DNA of 61,762 nucleotides, counting the filler, from Choristocarpus tenellus KU-1152 (taxonomy: Eukaryota > Protista > Phaeophyceae), in the NCBI GenBank assembly GCA_964200185.2. It is 9 parts of 9 records of this genome, joined end to end, with 100 filler letters (N's around TTAATTAATTAA, not from the genome) between each part and the next. Parts side by side here need not be neighbours in the genome. Positions count along the whole stretch, not along the records: positions 40,388 to 43,500 come from CAXNAD020022242.1; positions 43,601 to 50,950 come from CAXNAD020006293.1; positions 51,051 to 54,691 come from CAXNAD020018785.1; 6 more parts are not named here. The stretch is one strand, 5' to 3'. Shown piece by piece: positions 41,038-53,769 of this stretch; within the stretch, counting starts at the first letter, position 1, and each line of letters begins with the position of its first letter. The translations under genes and the position numbers were made by a program. Under the pieces are notes generated by a model that ran no database searches, was not told where the DNA came from, and was given only the letters and a program-made list of their open reading frames with translations.

Positions 41038-43179
41038 ATGGGGGTGGATCTGTCTCCCGCGCCCGCCAATGGGACCTCCGGAAAGATTATGGGCCCATCG
41101 CGAGATAGGACTTCAGGCTTACTACTTCGTATGTTGAACGTTCTTCTCCTTCTCAGTTGTTCGTCTACGGGGGGCTACAATAGTGCCAGTGTAGCCACAG
41201 CACAGGTCAGTGGCCCAGCTAGGGGGAAATTTCTCGCAAATATAGATGTTCCTTATCTTGCATGGTCGTTATACACCAAAGGTGCCGATTTCTGGAACCT
41301 GTTAAACCTTCTTGGTCACCTTGCTGTTCTCACCCTGCCTATCTTAATGAAATTCTAGGCCGAGGATCCAAAGAATGGCACCCCGAGTGCATCGGCGCTC
41401 CGGTCAGGGGCTGAGACAGCTCTGTCCAAGGGAGAACACGAAAAGGCGTTGCGCCTGTTCACCCAGGTGTGAAGTTCGTTGTTGTCGATCCTTACTTGGA
41501 TATAGAAGCAGTTCTGATGTTTCAAGCAGATTGCTTCAATAAGACTCGTCTTCAGTAGTGTAGATATAAGGTGCCTGTTGACATGGTCCACGACTGGTCT
41601 TGAAATGTAACGCTTGTTTTTGCCAGTAATATAGGCGTTCAAATAAATGGATACACGCTGGCGACATAGATGTCAAACACCAATGTTTAGGAGTGTATTC
41701 ATATATTTTCTGAACGTATCGCTGTTTTTCTACGCTTCTTACTGCTCCATACTCTGCGATGAGTATTTTATTGCTGAGATCTACTAAGCTAGTTTTTCGG
41801 AGGTGATAAGTGTTTTGACCTTCACGATTCCAGAAGGACATAGTACTCTGAACAGTTCATGTCGTTGGTCCTGTGGTAGACCGAGTTGTTTTTCCGGGAA
41901 ATAGAACATAAGTGCATACAAGTAAGAAGATCTGTACATACCAGTGAGACAAGTCCTTGCCGAGGGGTGATGAAATCCTTGTCCAGGTCCCCCCCCTCAC
42001 CCCCTCATATCCTCACCTTGTCTGACTCTGGGAGACAGGTGATTGAACTGGAGCCCAAGAACGAGCGCAACTTTTACAAGCGGTTCCGTGTTTATCTCTC
42101 CAAGCGCAAGTATGCTGAGGCTATCTCTGACCTCTCGCGAGCGCTTGAGCTGAAACCAAAATACAAGCAGGTGTGGCACAACCATGTATCCTTGGTACCC
42201 CCCTTCCTCTCTGCTCTAAGATTGACTTGTTTGGTTAGATATTGGATAGATGTTGTGGGTATGTAGTGGAGTGTCGTTTCTGCGAGGAGACCAATCCCTT
42301 GATGATAAACACGTGTATACCTTACTCTGTACCTGAGTGCAACTCCTCAGTCAAGCTTTGTGCACCTTTTGCCACCCACCCACTCAAGGAGGTAATAATC
42401 ACCTTTCTTGCTCTTGAATCCAACTGGTAACCTACCTCTGCCCTGGATACAACCCACCACACTCTGATGCATACCGACACAATGACGATGGATGGGGGGC
42501 TATCTCTCAAAAGGCTCTGGCGCAACGGGCCAAGCTGCTGAAGATGATGGGCCAGTGTGAAGAAGCTGTTCGTGATTATGATGCTCTTGGTGTGATGGAC
42601 CCTGGGCATGAGGATCTGAAGGGCTCCCTACCCGAAGAGGCAGAAAATTGTAGGGATCGACTGGCAGAAGTGAAGGTGGCCTTGGGACGCAAAGACTTGC
42701 ACCGTGCCATTGCTCTGTATGATATGATCCTGGATGGCAGCAGTGATGGCAATGGCAGTGGGGGGGGGGGTATGCATAACTCAGACACGTTTGGGGCCGA
42801 GATTCTATTGTCACGGGCACGTTGTCACTTTCAGCTAGGTAGGTGGCATGAGTCTGTTGCGGACTCAGGACGTGCGGCAAAATTAGCAGAGGGGGGCTCA
42901 AAAGAAGCTGAAGAGGCACTGGAGCTTCGGGGACGTTCCTTCTTGGCTCTTGGTGACTTTGAGATGGCATCAAACCATTTCCGGCAGGTGTTGCTGGATA
43001 ATCCGGACAACGATGCATGTAGAGAGGGTCACCGTAGGTGCAGGGTGGTAGTGAAAAAGCTGGAGGCGGCAGAGGCAAGGGTAGCAGAAGGGGATGTGGC
43101 TGGGGCAACTGAAAGGTGGAGGGAGGCGACTACAATGGAGCCAGATAATCCTCTGTTTGTCGGCCCAGTGCTGCGAAAG
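41038..43179 (+). CDS. DNAJC3: TPR co-chaperone, DNAJC3/P58IPK-like, first 4 exons (J-domain expected beyond contig)
   Basis: Exons 41038-41205 (hydrophobic signal-like stretch), 41359-41466, 42039-42170 and 42514-43179, all phase 0. Tandem TPRs, e.g. YAEAISDLSRALELKPKY, RARCHFQLGRWHESVADSGRA, ALELRGRSFLALGDFEMASNHFRQVLLDNPDN. The J-domain is not seen, so the symbol is inferred. Confidence 0.8.
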
Positions 43180-43500
43180 GTTAGAGCAGCATTGAAAAGA
43201 GATTTGTGTAGTGGGGGAGGGGGGAAAGGGAGAGGGAATGTATAGTACTTCTGCTGTTTTTATAAATGCAATCTTGTTGGGTTTTTTTTTTTAACGAGCG
43301 ATGCACTAAACATTGCAACTGCACCTCTGTGGGTGGCCTTGTGCTCAAGGCCTAGAGTTATGCTTGCATGAGGCTGACATTGTTTGCGCCAAAATTTTGT
43401 GTTGGAGTGTATACTGCGATGTGATGTCCAGGGCCTGTGCGCCCCCCCCCCCCCCCCCCTCTTTTGCCCTTGTTCTTTGTAAAAAAAAAAAAAAAAAAAA

Positions 43501-43600
43501 NNNNNNNNNNNNNNNNNNNNNNNNNNNNNNNNNNNNNNNNNNNNTTAATTAATTAANNNNNNNNNNNNNNNNNNNNNNNNNNNNNNNNNNNNNNNNNNNN
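43501..43600. other. Artificial contig spacer
   Basis: 44N-TTAATTAATTAA-44N. Confidence 0.97.
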
Positions 43601-44319
43601 AAGAAAAAAAACAGTACGGCATGGGGGACGATAGGATGGATAGTTCTCTGTACGGCTATTTGCGCTGTGTGTCCTGGTCTGTGACGGTATGAAACGGATT
43701 ACGTTAGAATTTTCGACGGTATTTGTGGCATTTCCACGTTCCCGTTTGGTGCCGATTATCTGGTACAGTATAAAGCAGTATAAATAAATCATCCATCTCC
43801 GGTGTAAGTTAATATAATATTATGACCCCACATTTTGCAGATGTGTGAGGGAAAAGGATGTGTGAGGGAAAAGGTCAATTCACACGTTACCGTTTGGTGT
43901 CGATTGTGTGCTACAGTGCAAATCCATCCAAATAAAGTACTCATTCCCAGTACAAATAATATTATGACCTCTGACATTTGCAGATGTATGAGGGAAAAGG
44001 TCAATTCAATATCCCTGTAAAAGTAATAGTTGTTGTAAATATGGAAGATAACCCTCTAAAATCTATTTACTATCTTTTTGATTAATCACTACCGCGAGGA
44101 GCCAGGGTTATAGTTGGGATATTTTTCAGGGGGACCTTAACCAATTCAAAATCTCTCCCCTCCTGCCACACCATCAAACATTGGTGGGCATGTAACAATG
44201 TATGATATTCCTCATTTTCCTCGCCTCCGTCTCCCGCCGAAGTTGAAGTTGGTTATGCTTGGAGGAGTATGATGTCTAACACTTACCCGGAATGGTATAA
44301 TCAATTTTACTTCTATCCT

Positions 44320-45257
44320 TTAGTGTTTCTTTGTTTCTGTCTTAAATCGTGCCACCATCAAAACCAAAAACCTTCAACTTTTTGTTCTGTATCTGGAAAT
44401 ATTTCAAAAGACAGGAAGTATAAATAAAAATATAACTATGTATACTACTGTCTGTACACTATAACCCATAAATATTGGTGTAATATAGTTGTTCTTCTAC
44501 CCCAGAAATGGGAGAGACCATATAGTTACAAGAAACACACAACAAATATGATTTGGAGAAAGATCTTCATGACGTATCATCACGAGAAGATACTTGCAGG
44601 GGAACATTACTCTCTCATTTTCGGGATCATCAGGGTGGACATCAATCCCTCCGCACTCTATTTCTGGAACTCTTCGAAATGAGATGATACGTGGTGGTTA
44701 CTCTTGACCTAGTCAAGCTACTACCAGTGGGTTGGGAATTCTATGTTCACAGATAACTCTCTGCTGAGATAGAGGGAGAAAGCAATTCCACTTCTGTCAT
44801 CTAGTGCTTCTTTCTTTATTTCGCTTTGTTGTACTGTACCACCAACAAACCAGAAACCTTCAATTTTTGTTTTGTATTTTCAAAATGTTAAAAGGCAAGG
44901 AATATTTGTAATTGAGATTATGTATATTAGTATCTCTACTCCATAAACCATACATCTTTGTATAGCATAATTATTATTCTACCCGAGAAATGGGAGAGGC
45001 TATATTTGCAAGAAGCACACAACAAATATGATATGGAGAAAGATCCTCATGACGTATCATCACGAGAAGACACTTGAAGGGGAACCTTACTCTCTCATTA
45101 CGGGATCAGGGTGGACATCAATCCCCCGCAATCTATTTCTGGGATTCTTTGAAATGAGATGATACGTGGTGGTTACTCTTGACCTAGTCAATCTACTACC
45201 AGTGGGTTGGGAATTCACTGTTCACAGATAACTCTCTGCTGAGGTAGAGGGAGAAGG
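44320..45257 (+). repeat. Tandem duplication of ~475 bp
   Basis: ~44320-44781 and ~44800-45257 align, sharing for example GACGTATCATCACGAGAAGA and GAAATGAGATGATACGTGGTGGTTACTCTTGACCTAGTCAA. Confidence 0.9.
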
Positions 45258-45353
45258 TAAAGAGAGAAGTGCCAGACACAACAGTCGCGACACCTATCTT
45301 CGAGTGTGTAGTGAAGGAAGGATAGATTGCTGGAGAGTCTTTCTGGTCTGGGG

Positions 45354-48300
45354 ATGAAGCTCTGTCCGTTTAATATAGCAGAACAGCCAGCACCACCTTG
45401 CAGCACGAGCAGTTCGAGCAGGGATGCTGCCAACGAACAATTGGTGGGTGCTAGAGCAAGTGCTACCCACAACCTAAGGTTTTAAGGTTTTATTGCGACA
45501 TCACCAGGCTTTAAATCTTCCTTAGCGATTGCAATGAACTACGGGAGTAGGCAAGGCAAATCTGACGATATGTGCAGCCTGGAATACACGTCGAACGAAC
45601 ATGACAACGTATCCTTAAAATATGGAAACACGAATTGCAACTCGAGCAATTACTGGAATGTACCCAAGAAGCAGAAGTTGCTAGTCGCAGAGAGAGATAA
45701 GAGTTGAGATGATACATCGTTCTCTTGATTGACCTAAAACACCATATGCCGATTGTTCCAGCCCAATGAACAACAAGGTACTCGTCCGTGAAGTGATGCC
45801 CCACCCCCCATTTCCGACAGCGTTCTTGGATTGAGCGACAGTCATTCATGCTGACGGACAGGGCAAACTTCTACCGCCATGCGCACCTTACACTATGGCT
45901 CTTGGTGTCCACGATATTCGTTATCGACCGCTTCTACTGGAATATGTGGCCACGGCAAAGTATCTGTACGGATGGGTGTGGCAATGATTTTTTCTGCAGC
46001 ATGGACGAGGTGAAATATGCAGCCGGTGTGCGTGCTGTCTCTTAGGACCATGTTCTTTCCTGAGATTTTTCCCTCAATTGCTACAGACAACTTGTATGGA
46101 AGCAGTTGGTTTGCGACTTCCAATCAACATACTCGCATTTTGATGTCCGAAATTTCGACTGGTATGCACTATGCCGGCACTGTGTGCTACACTTTCGTGT
46201 TGATGCTCGTAATCTGGACTATTTTGTGTTGGGCTAAATCTTACTTGGTTGATGAGATCGGTGTGGACTCTTGTAGGAATGCCGTGATAATCGGAGCTAT
46301 AACATGATGAGCAGCGCAAACATTAAGCTGGAGTATCTTACAACGACTTCGGAGCATATTGCGAGTCATAGTATCCTAGAGGGTAGAGCCACGTCCATCA
46401 GGGGACCAAAATCCAATGGTGTGATTTCGACGTAATTTTGGCTACCGTGTTTGTTAGGAAGTGTCATTATCCTTGTTCCGGACACACCTGTTCATTACGT
46501 GCACATTTTACCTAATCCGAAACATTTTGGAGTAGGCAAATGTCGTAAAACCCACGAGGAAAGCCAAGCCCCAAATGGACAGGCAGGGAAAAACTCGTAC
46601 CATCTAAGAACCTTTCACTCTTGCGCTACGTGCATGAAGGGTGTGACCGATAAAATATCCAACAGGGATTGAGATACTATTCTACTCTTCGCAGAGATGG
46701 GAAGGAGTACCTAGAACTCGCTGTTATGCTCGATTTCCGTTTGTTGTAGAATTCCTTCCGGGTGCCCTGTGTCCTCTCCTGTCTCAGTGCAACACACTGA
46801 CTGCAGATCCTTTCTTCCCTGCATCCCAGGACCCAGGCTGTCTGAAAGAGGGACCCTGGACTGTCAAGGTGTTCGATGCTGTTGCCCGCGCCAGTTCCCG
46901 CATCATCATTACAACCACCAAGTACGTAACGAGAAATGTTGGTCCGATAAGGCCAGTTTCATTTATAGCAGGAATCATGCATGTGATCGTTTTGTCGGTG
47001 TTGATCCTAGACCCAGCAGTCTGGGAACTGCAGGCATCAGACGTGCAGTACCACACTCCCGCCTAACTCGCAAGTAATGCAACTGGGAGTATTTTCTATA
47101 AGACAACATATGGTGTGTCAGCTCTTTTGCTTGAATTGCTCATCAAGGTGGGCAAAGTCTTGTGACAGTATCTTTTTGGTCCATGCCATCATCAGTTTCA
47201 CAGAAGTCTCTACAGTTGTTTCTGATAGTGCATGTTGAGTGGTATGCAATTTCCAATCTTCTGCCAATGCCGAGAGAATTCATCAACGAAATGGGGGTGC
47301 CTGTGCCAATAGAACTGTTTGTTTTCCGTATGTCCAACTGATAAGATAAGCAAGAACAACCTCGACAAAAAAACTCGATCCAACAAAGAAGATACCCCAT
47401 TGAACCTAGACGTCTTTTGCCGCTTCCACCCACTACGAACATGCGAGGAGTAGATATATCAAGATAGGTTTGTAAGGGCAATGCTAGGATTTACCCCTTG
47501 AAACAACTGAACTGCGACCGCTTTACCACCAACCTCTCACAGTATGATGTTCCTCACAATGTGCCATGGCACATGGAACCGTCTCTCTGAGGTGGAGATG
47601 CTCCGCCCGTTCCTCTACAACTGGCGTTCCGATAATCTCTGGCTACATGGAGTGGGCGGCTGGATGATGGGTATCTGGACCATCGCACATGTATGGTCCC
47701 TGTTTCTGCCATCAATTTTCAGTGGGTACTCCAACAGTGTGCATGGGGGACCATTTGCGTTTCCATTCCAGGCGAGTGGTTCAAACAATGTTTTAGGGTA
47801 TGGGTACGAACGTGCAGATGCACCGATATTTCCCACTAGCTTCATTTCGTCCTACCAGCATCATTGTAACAATCATTTTCATGGTAGAGGAGGGTTCCGA
47901 TCATCTTCTAGGTTGAAGTTTGGATGCTCATACTTACACCTGAATTATAAGGTCAGGCAGTCACCATACACCGCATACCAGACCATGCAGTCTGCTTCGT
48001 GTAGTACAATAGACACATTTGTAGTAGAATTGAGCTATATGCCGCGCGGAGATTTCTCTGCGGTCTGGAGTTTACGGCAGAAGTTGCATGAAGGGTCAAG
48101 AGTCTAGCAAACAGTCGCCAGAATAGAAAGCAGAGGGCGATTGATAACAAGTTCTCAAGACACATAGTTGGAGGTGTCAGAATGAAGGGTTTGACATATT
48201 TAGAGCTCTACTGTCCTGTGGAGTCCACACCAGTTTCACAACTTTACAGTCCATTCAAACTTCAGTCACCAGAGACAATCTCTATCCATACATTCGATGA

Positions 48301-50247
48301 CACTAAGCCATGAAGGAGTAATATGATACGATACAGGCTGACTCCCTCCCCCTTCTCGTCTTATTCTGACTCTCGAATTGCTTCATGCGTTTGACGACGA
48401 AAATAGCTGGAACGTCAATTCTATACTTTACAAATTATATAGCATTTGTTCTTCGTGAGAAACATATATATCACAACAACGAGTCAATGGCAGGGTATTT
48501 TGAACACAAGAAACAAGGAGCTTACAATAAAATAAGCAATGATACACCCCATGCCGTCACATCCACAGATCACCCTGGAGAACAAGGGAAATGTTGATGC
48601 GGACGAGATGGTAGCCAACTGGGGCTATGACGATGTGTGGAGGATCTGCTGGATGACCCTTATGTTCTGCGTGCTGCTTCCCCTGTCTCGCTCAGCCTGG
48701 GCCCTCCGTGCCAACTTCTCCTTGGCCATGTGGCTGCACATGGTGAGGAAGGGACAAGAAAATGCGAGAATGATTGTTTCATTGCGCATGAGTGTAACAT
48801 GTGACAGTGTGGCATGCAATACGTACTGTTCGGAATTTTACCGTGAGGTCTCCTATTCTTCTAGACAAATGTTTTTTGTCTCTCAGCAGAGTACTTGATT
48901 GTTGAGAGTTGTACAAGCATGAAGATACCTAAGCTTGCAAGCCCTAACCGACACATGGGCGTTGTCTCCTCCTCTCCCATACACCTCCACCGAACCTTTC
49001 TTTGTGCCCACACTCTCTCTATGTCCATTCCATGCTGTGCTGTCCACTCTGCACCAGCTATTGGGTGCTGGATACTTCATAGACAATGCACGTCGCCGTA
49101 CTCACCCACATGTGTGGATTCTCAATACTCCATTTGTTTTCTGGTACATCCTCGACAGAGTTTGGTGCTCTACCCGGTACAGGTTGGTGGTATTTGGCTG
49201 ATGACTTCCCTTCTTTGGCTGTTCAGATCATTGAGGAGTGATGTGCCTTGCGACAGTCTTCCCTGACCCTTCTCTTCAAGACAGATTTACTGCTACTACA
49301 CTGGAGTATATAGCACCTGACACAAATTGAACTCTTGCGGGGCGAGTATTACTCTAATTCTGTGGGCACCCACGGGTGGTGTTCTGAGCGGTTGGCTCTT
49401 GGGCAAGATCTCTCATGCGATAGTGCCCAACCTCCATCGACTAAGTTTCGTGTGTGTTGTCGGAAATGAAAAATAGTATTGACTGGATATATGATATGTC
49501 ATTTGACCGGCATATCGTGAAAGACGTGAGCTTCAATTAGTCAAGAGTCTAGATCAAGGTTACATGCTAGGCCTGGGAACTGTACATGTTCCTTGATCCG
49601 ATGCAATCCCAATGTAGAGTAGGTGCCCTATTGAAAATAACGGGGCAACATTCTTTTGTAGAAACATCAATCTGCTGCTCGTCCAACCAATACCACCACA
49701 ACATAATATTTATGTTGTGTCTGGCAATCCTCAGAGCTCTCTTTGTTGTGATATTGAAGGTGTGAAGCTGAGGTTGACTGAATGCACACAAGGTCTTGGA
49801 GGAATATGCATTCATTGGGTATTTGATATATTGCCATTGCCCAGTATTGATGATCGGTGTGCGCCAATAATTGCAATGTTGCTCTGAGCCCGTATACCGG
49901 GCTCACCGGACTCAGAGATGGGGATGCACTCCTGTAGTTCAAACTAAACCATCGTGAAGAGTGTCTGTCATACGCAGATCTTGTAGGGCTGGGGCAGTGA
50001 AAGGGACGCTTGGATTGAGATTGTGGCAATTGCAATGAGGAGAGTGCGAGCCACACCAATGTAGCAGATGTTGTGAGGTACCCACTCCATTCCGCAAACT
50101 TATCACCAGGATGAAATCACAAGAGGCTATTTGCATTACGCTGGACGAGAACTACATGCTGATGCTGTGGAAGCAAACCTCTATTCCTAAGAGAATCTGC
50201 GATATCTACTGGCTCAGGAGTGATGATCCCCGAAGCGAAAAAAGATG
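45354..50247 (+). CDS. Ferric reductase / NADPH-oxidase-like transmembrane protein, 7 exons, 3' end beyond contig
   Basis: Exons 45354-45478 (tentative), 45862-46009, 46830-46921, 47543-47771, 48569-48742, 49058-49182 and 50110-50247 join in phase. Several hydrophobic helices, H-X13-H (LHGVGGWMMGIWTIAH), MWLH and WYILDR. Confidence 0.75.
46363..46620 (+). mobile_element. MITE family 1 copy C (258 bp)
   Basis: GAGTCATAGTATCCTAGAGGGTA ... CCTTTCACTC; 4-bp TSD TTGC. Confidence 0.9.
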
Positions 50248-50256
50248 GTGCGACCA

Positions 50257-50437
50257 GGCTCAAAGTATTTGGGGGGGGGGGGGTGGCTGTCCATTTGGGG
50301 TCAATTATTTCATATCGCAATTTTTGGCTATTTGGTTGAATACATCGGATGGAAAATGTAAATGCACTTTTCCTGATTTTGGTGCAAAATGGATACCCTG
50401 GTGTAGACCCCCCTCCCCCCCCGAGATACTTTGCGTC
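50257..50437 (+). mobile_element. MITE family 2 intact copy (181 bp)
   Basis: GGCTCAAAGTATTTGGGGGG ... CCCCCCGAGATACTTTGCGTC; 4-bp TSD ACCA. Confidence 0.85.
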
Positions 50438-50719
50438 ACCAGCCACCCTGTCCTAATCCACACCAAGAATTCAATTTGTCGTGCTAAGGCTGCTACTCTA
50501 TATCTCTCCGAAGTGTCATAGATGCACTTTTGCTCAACTCTTCTAGTGGAGGTGGCCTGTACACTGGGGCACTATATAGTCCCCCATTGGTTCAGTATCA
50601 CCCACCGCACTGAGCGTCCAGTACCCTGTTGGTGTTCCTCCCCAATCGTGAGTCTTTTGCAAGTTAGTTCGCATGGTCTTGAAAGATTGATGGATTTTTC
50701 CACTAGTGTAGTATCTACT

Positions 50720-50895
50720 GGCTCAAAGTATCTGGGGGGGGGGGTGACGGCTGTCCATTTGGGGTCAACGTTTTCATGTCGCGAGTTTAGTGTGAGTTGG
50801 TGCAATACGTCCGATGGATAATATAAATGCACTTTTCCTGATTTTGGTCCAAATGAACACCCTGGTGTAGACCCCCCCCCCCCCCCCCCCCCCCT
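50720..50895 (+). mobile_element. MITE family 2 copy, 3' end lost in poly-C
   Basis: Aligns with 50257-50437 from GGCTCAAAGTATCTGGGG to CCCTGGTGTAGACCCC. Confidence 0.8.
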
Positions 50896-50950
50896 CCGTC
50901 TTTGGGGGTGGTGGTGTGTTTTGGGAGAGGACGAGGTTTCCTTTCCTTTT

Positions 50951-51050
50951 NNNNNNNNNNNNNNNNNNNNNNNNNNNNNNNNNNNNNNNNNNNNTTAATT
51001 AATTAANNNNNNNNNNNNNNNNNNNNNNNNNNNNNNNNNNNNNNNNNNNN
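50951..51050. other. Artificial contig spacer
   Basis: 44N-TTAATTAATTAA-44N. Confidence 0.97.
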
Positions 51051-51999
51051 CCCCCCCCAGATACGTTGTCCCTGTGTTCACTCACAGAGAACCGAAAAAG
51101 AGCAAAAAAAACTGTGAGAAGTCAATCCCCGAAACTGACAAACAGGGCAAAACCCCTACCTTCTTAAACGTATTTGGGTCAGCATCTACACAAACGCCAA
51201 CATACTATCATGATGTGACCAAAATGTAACAACGCCCATCCTGATTGCATGCATCACGTGATGTCACGTCCAAATCTCCGTGAAGTTGACGTCTTGGATG
51301 TTGATATGCCTTCCCAAAAGAGAACCCTCCAAGCTAAGCACCGTAGAACCTCTAGCAGAGGCTGGGCAAACCCCCCAAAAATACTAACCTGTTGATGATT
51401 GCAGATGGTGATGGTCTAGGCCAGCGCCAAGAGTTGAACAGATTCTAGTTTTTATCGTGAGGAAGCAAGTAGTGCAAGAGTGCTTTGGTGGGCATATCAG
51501 ATTATTGTGATGAGCGAGGTGCCATCAAGTTCACAGGCTTGGCTATGGGTTTCGATATAGGTTGGTCGCCAGGCACATGTATGCAGGGTTAAATTACAAA
51601 AAAGAAGAAGCCTCCATCCATAAGTCAGTAAGTTGGAACCCAATAGGTGATATAAGTAGTCTTAGAATAGCATTGGAGTGTAAGAGGTTGAAAGGTGTAG
51701 GTGATTATAGGAGAAGAGGACCTCTATTGGCCAGTGTTAACAGCTGTTATTTTCTCAAACCTTAGCCAACAACACAATTCAGAATATGTGTTTTTTGTGG
51801 ACATTGGAGGTCACAACGGGTAGTTCTAAATGCCTGATTATCTGTCGGCGGCAGCCTACAGCATCATCATTATTTCAATGACTTACGCTGATAGTGTTAC
51901 CTGAAAACCGGAAATAACATTAAAATCTTTTGATCTCTCGATGCTGCTGTTGCCTGCAGTGTATGACAGAGGAGAAAATGCTCCATGAGCTATTATGGC

Positions 52000-52180
52000 G
52001 GCCAGGCAGTCACTGGTGCTTGATTGAGGTCAGGGAGGGAAGCGTGCACCTGTCTGTACATACAGGGTTACGACAGAAAAAGACAGCAACGGGCATCATC
52101 ATCGTCACTGAGTGATGGGGCTACGACAAGTCCGTAAATGCGAATAAATCACACACAGGAGTACGACAATACGCAAGGTT
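52000..52180 (+). mobile_element. Possible Merlin/IS1595 (ISXO2-like) transposase relic
   Basis: Reads QKKTATGIIIVTE*WGYDKSVNANKSHTGV, resembling the GTIIxTDxWxxY...H..VNH motif; interrupted by a stop. Confidence 0.3.
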
Positions 52181-52478
52181 AGACATCATTTTAACAATCT
52201 CCCCACCACCCACAAACTACAGTGTGCATGGTACTGAGCCAAATAACGAGTGGTACACGGTTTATGGGCATTTTGCAGTATAAGCTAGTTTTTCAATCTT
52301 CTGCAATTCACCAATCTTTCTATGGATGAAATGATAAGTTTGATTAGAGAGGGTTGGTTTCTCTCTATTGTTTCAAAGTTCTTGACAAAACCCGGAGAAT
52401 ATCCTACACGCATTGAAAAAAATTCCGAATTTTGGACATATTTTTCAACATCCTTGAAATGCAACTCTGGATACGTTT

Positions 52479-52755
52479 CGTTCGACCCACCTTCGTCACT
52501 GATTTCCAGTCACCACCCACATCCGATGACCAACCAGTGGGGCCAACCTTCGCCACTGATTTCCAAACGCCACCCATATCCGATGATCAACCAGTGCGAC
52601 CACCTCCGTCACTGATTTCCAGTCACCACCCATATCCAATGACCAACCAGTGCAACCCACCTTCGCCACTGGATTCCCAGCCATCAAACATATCCAATGA
52701 CCAACCAGTGCAACCCATCTTCACCACCAGTATATAGACACCAACCAATGCGACC
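52479..52755 (+). repeat. 57-bp tandem repeat, ~4.5 copies
   Basis: Unit GTGCRACCCACCTTCGYCACTGATTTCCAGTCACCACCCATATCCRATGACCAACCA; translates as the 19-aa unit VRPTFVTDFQSPPTSDDQP. Confidence 0.9.
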
Positions 52756-53769
52756 AATTTCTGTCAATCCGCCCACCTTCCTCTACACCACTTTCCACTC
52801 CACCCTACTATTCAACACTGTTCAACCCCACATCACTTTCCACTCCATCGCACCACTCAAAACCACTCCACAATCATCCCAGAACGCCTCTTCAGCATTC
52901 CCTTCAATACTGTGCCTTTGAACTAGAAGACAAGTACTCTGCCCAAACTTGACTTTTCCCCCCTTTCCCCAGCATCCTAGTGAGTCGTGAGTAATCAAGA
53001 GGGTGGGTGGGTGGGAAATATTGCTNNNNNNNNNNAACACCCCCCCCCCCCCTTTTGTCTCCTCCCCCCCCCCCCCCACGTGCGGGGGGGGGGTGGTGAA
53101 AAGGGGGGGGGGGGGGGGGGGGGAAAATATTGCTCGGAGGCTGCCTTGTTCTAGCCCTGCTTGTCCTGTCCCATCAACCTCAAGTTTACCTTTTGTTCTG
53201 TCACATCCCTTCCTACCGCCTGCTTCCACCTACCATCCATTTCTTTACCCTCTCTCCTACCTCTTCTGCCTCCTGGTCACCCACTACTTAACTCTTCGTC
53301 CACCTTTTCATTGATTTCTCTTTTATCCTATTCAACACTCCACTCCCCATACACCATCCTTCCCAGAATTCTCCCGACCGCAGCACTCAGATTACTTCAT
53401 AAACTTCCACTTTCTGTGTGTAGAAAGAGAACGATGATCCATAACCAATTGCATTTGCGGTGGGTCTTCGGATATCTGAAAGGTACAAGAAAGGTGACTA
53501 GAATTTAACGATAAGTGTTGAATGTTTTAGTAGGAAGTATTATATACAACAATCTATATCACTGATACTCCCTCTGTCCCATACGTCTGGGTTGTTAAGT
53601 TGTAGCTCTTCGGGATGACCTCCGATTACAAAACGGACCTTCGTGTTGGATTCCTTGGAATATTTTACATTGAAAATCTATATCTCACCTTTATTCGACC
53701 CCCTCAACCCCACCAATCCAGGGCCACTGTGGAAGCCGCTTAGTCTAATTCGTCTGATATAGCCATCCA

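Noticed and set aside
42500-43108. 202-aa minus-strand ORF
   Set aside because: Antisense shadow of the DNAJC3-like exon 4.
52479-52755. Regular repeat considered as a CRISPR array
   Set aside because: Units are contiguous with no unique spacers, and the context is eukaryotic.
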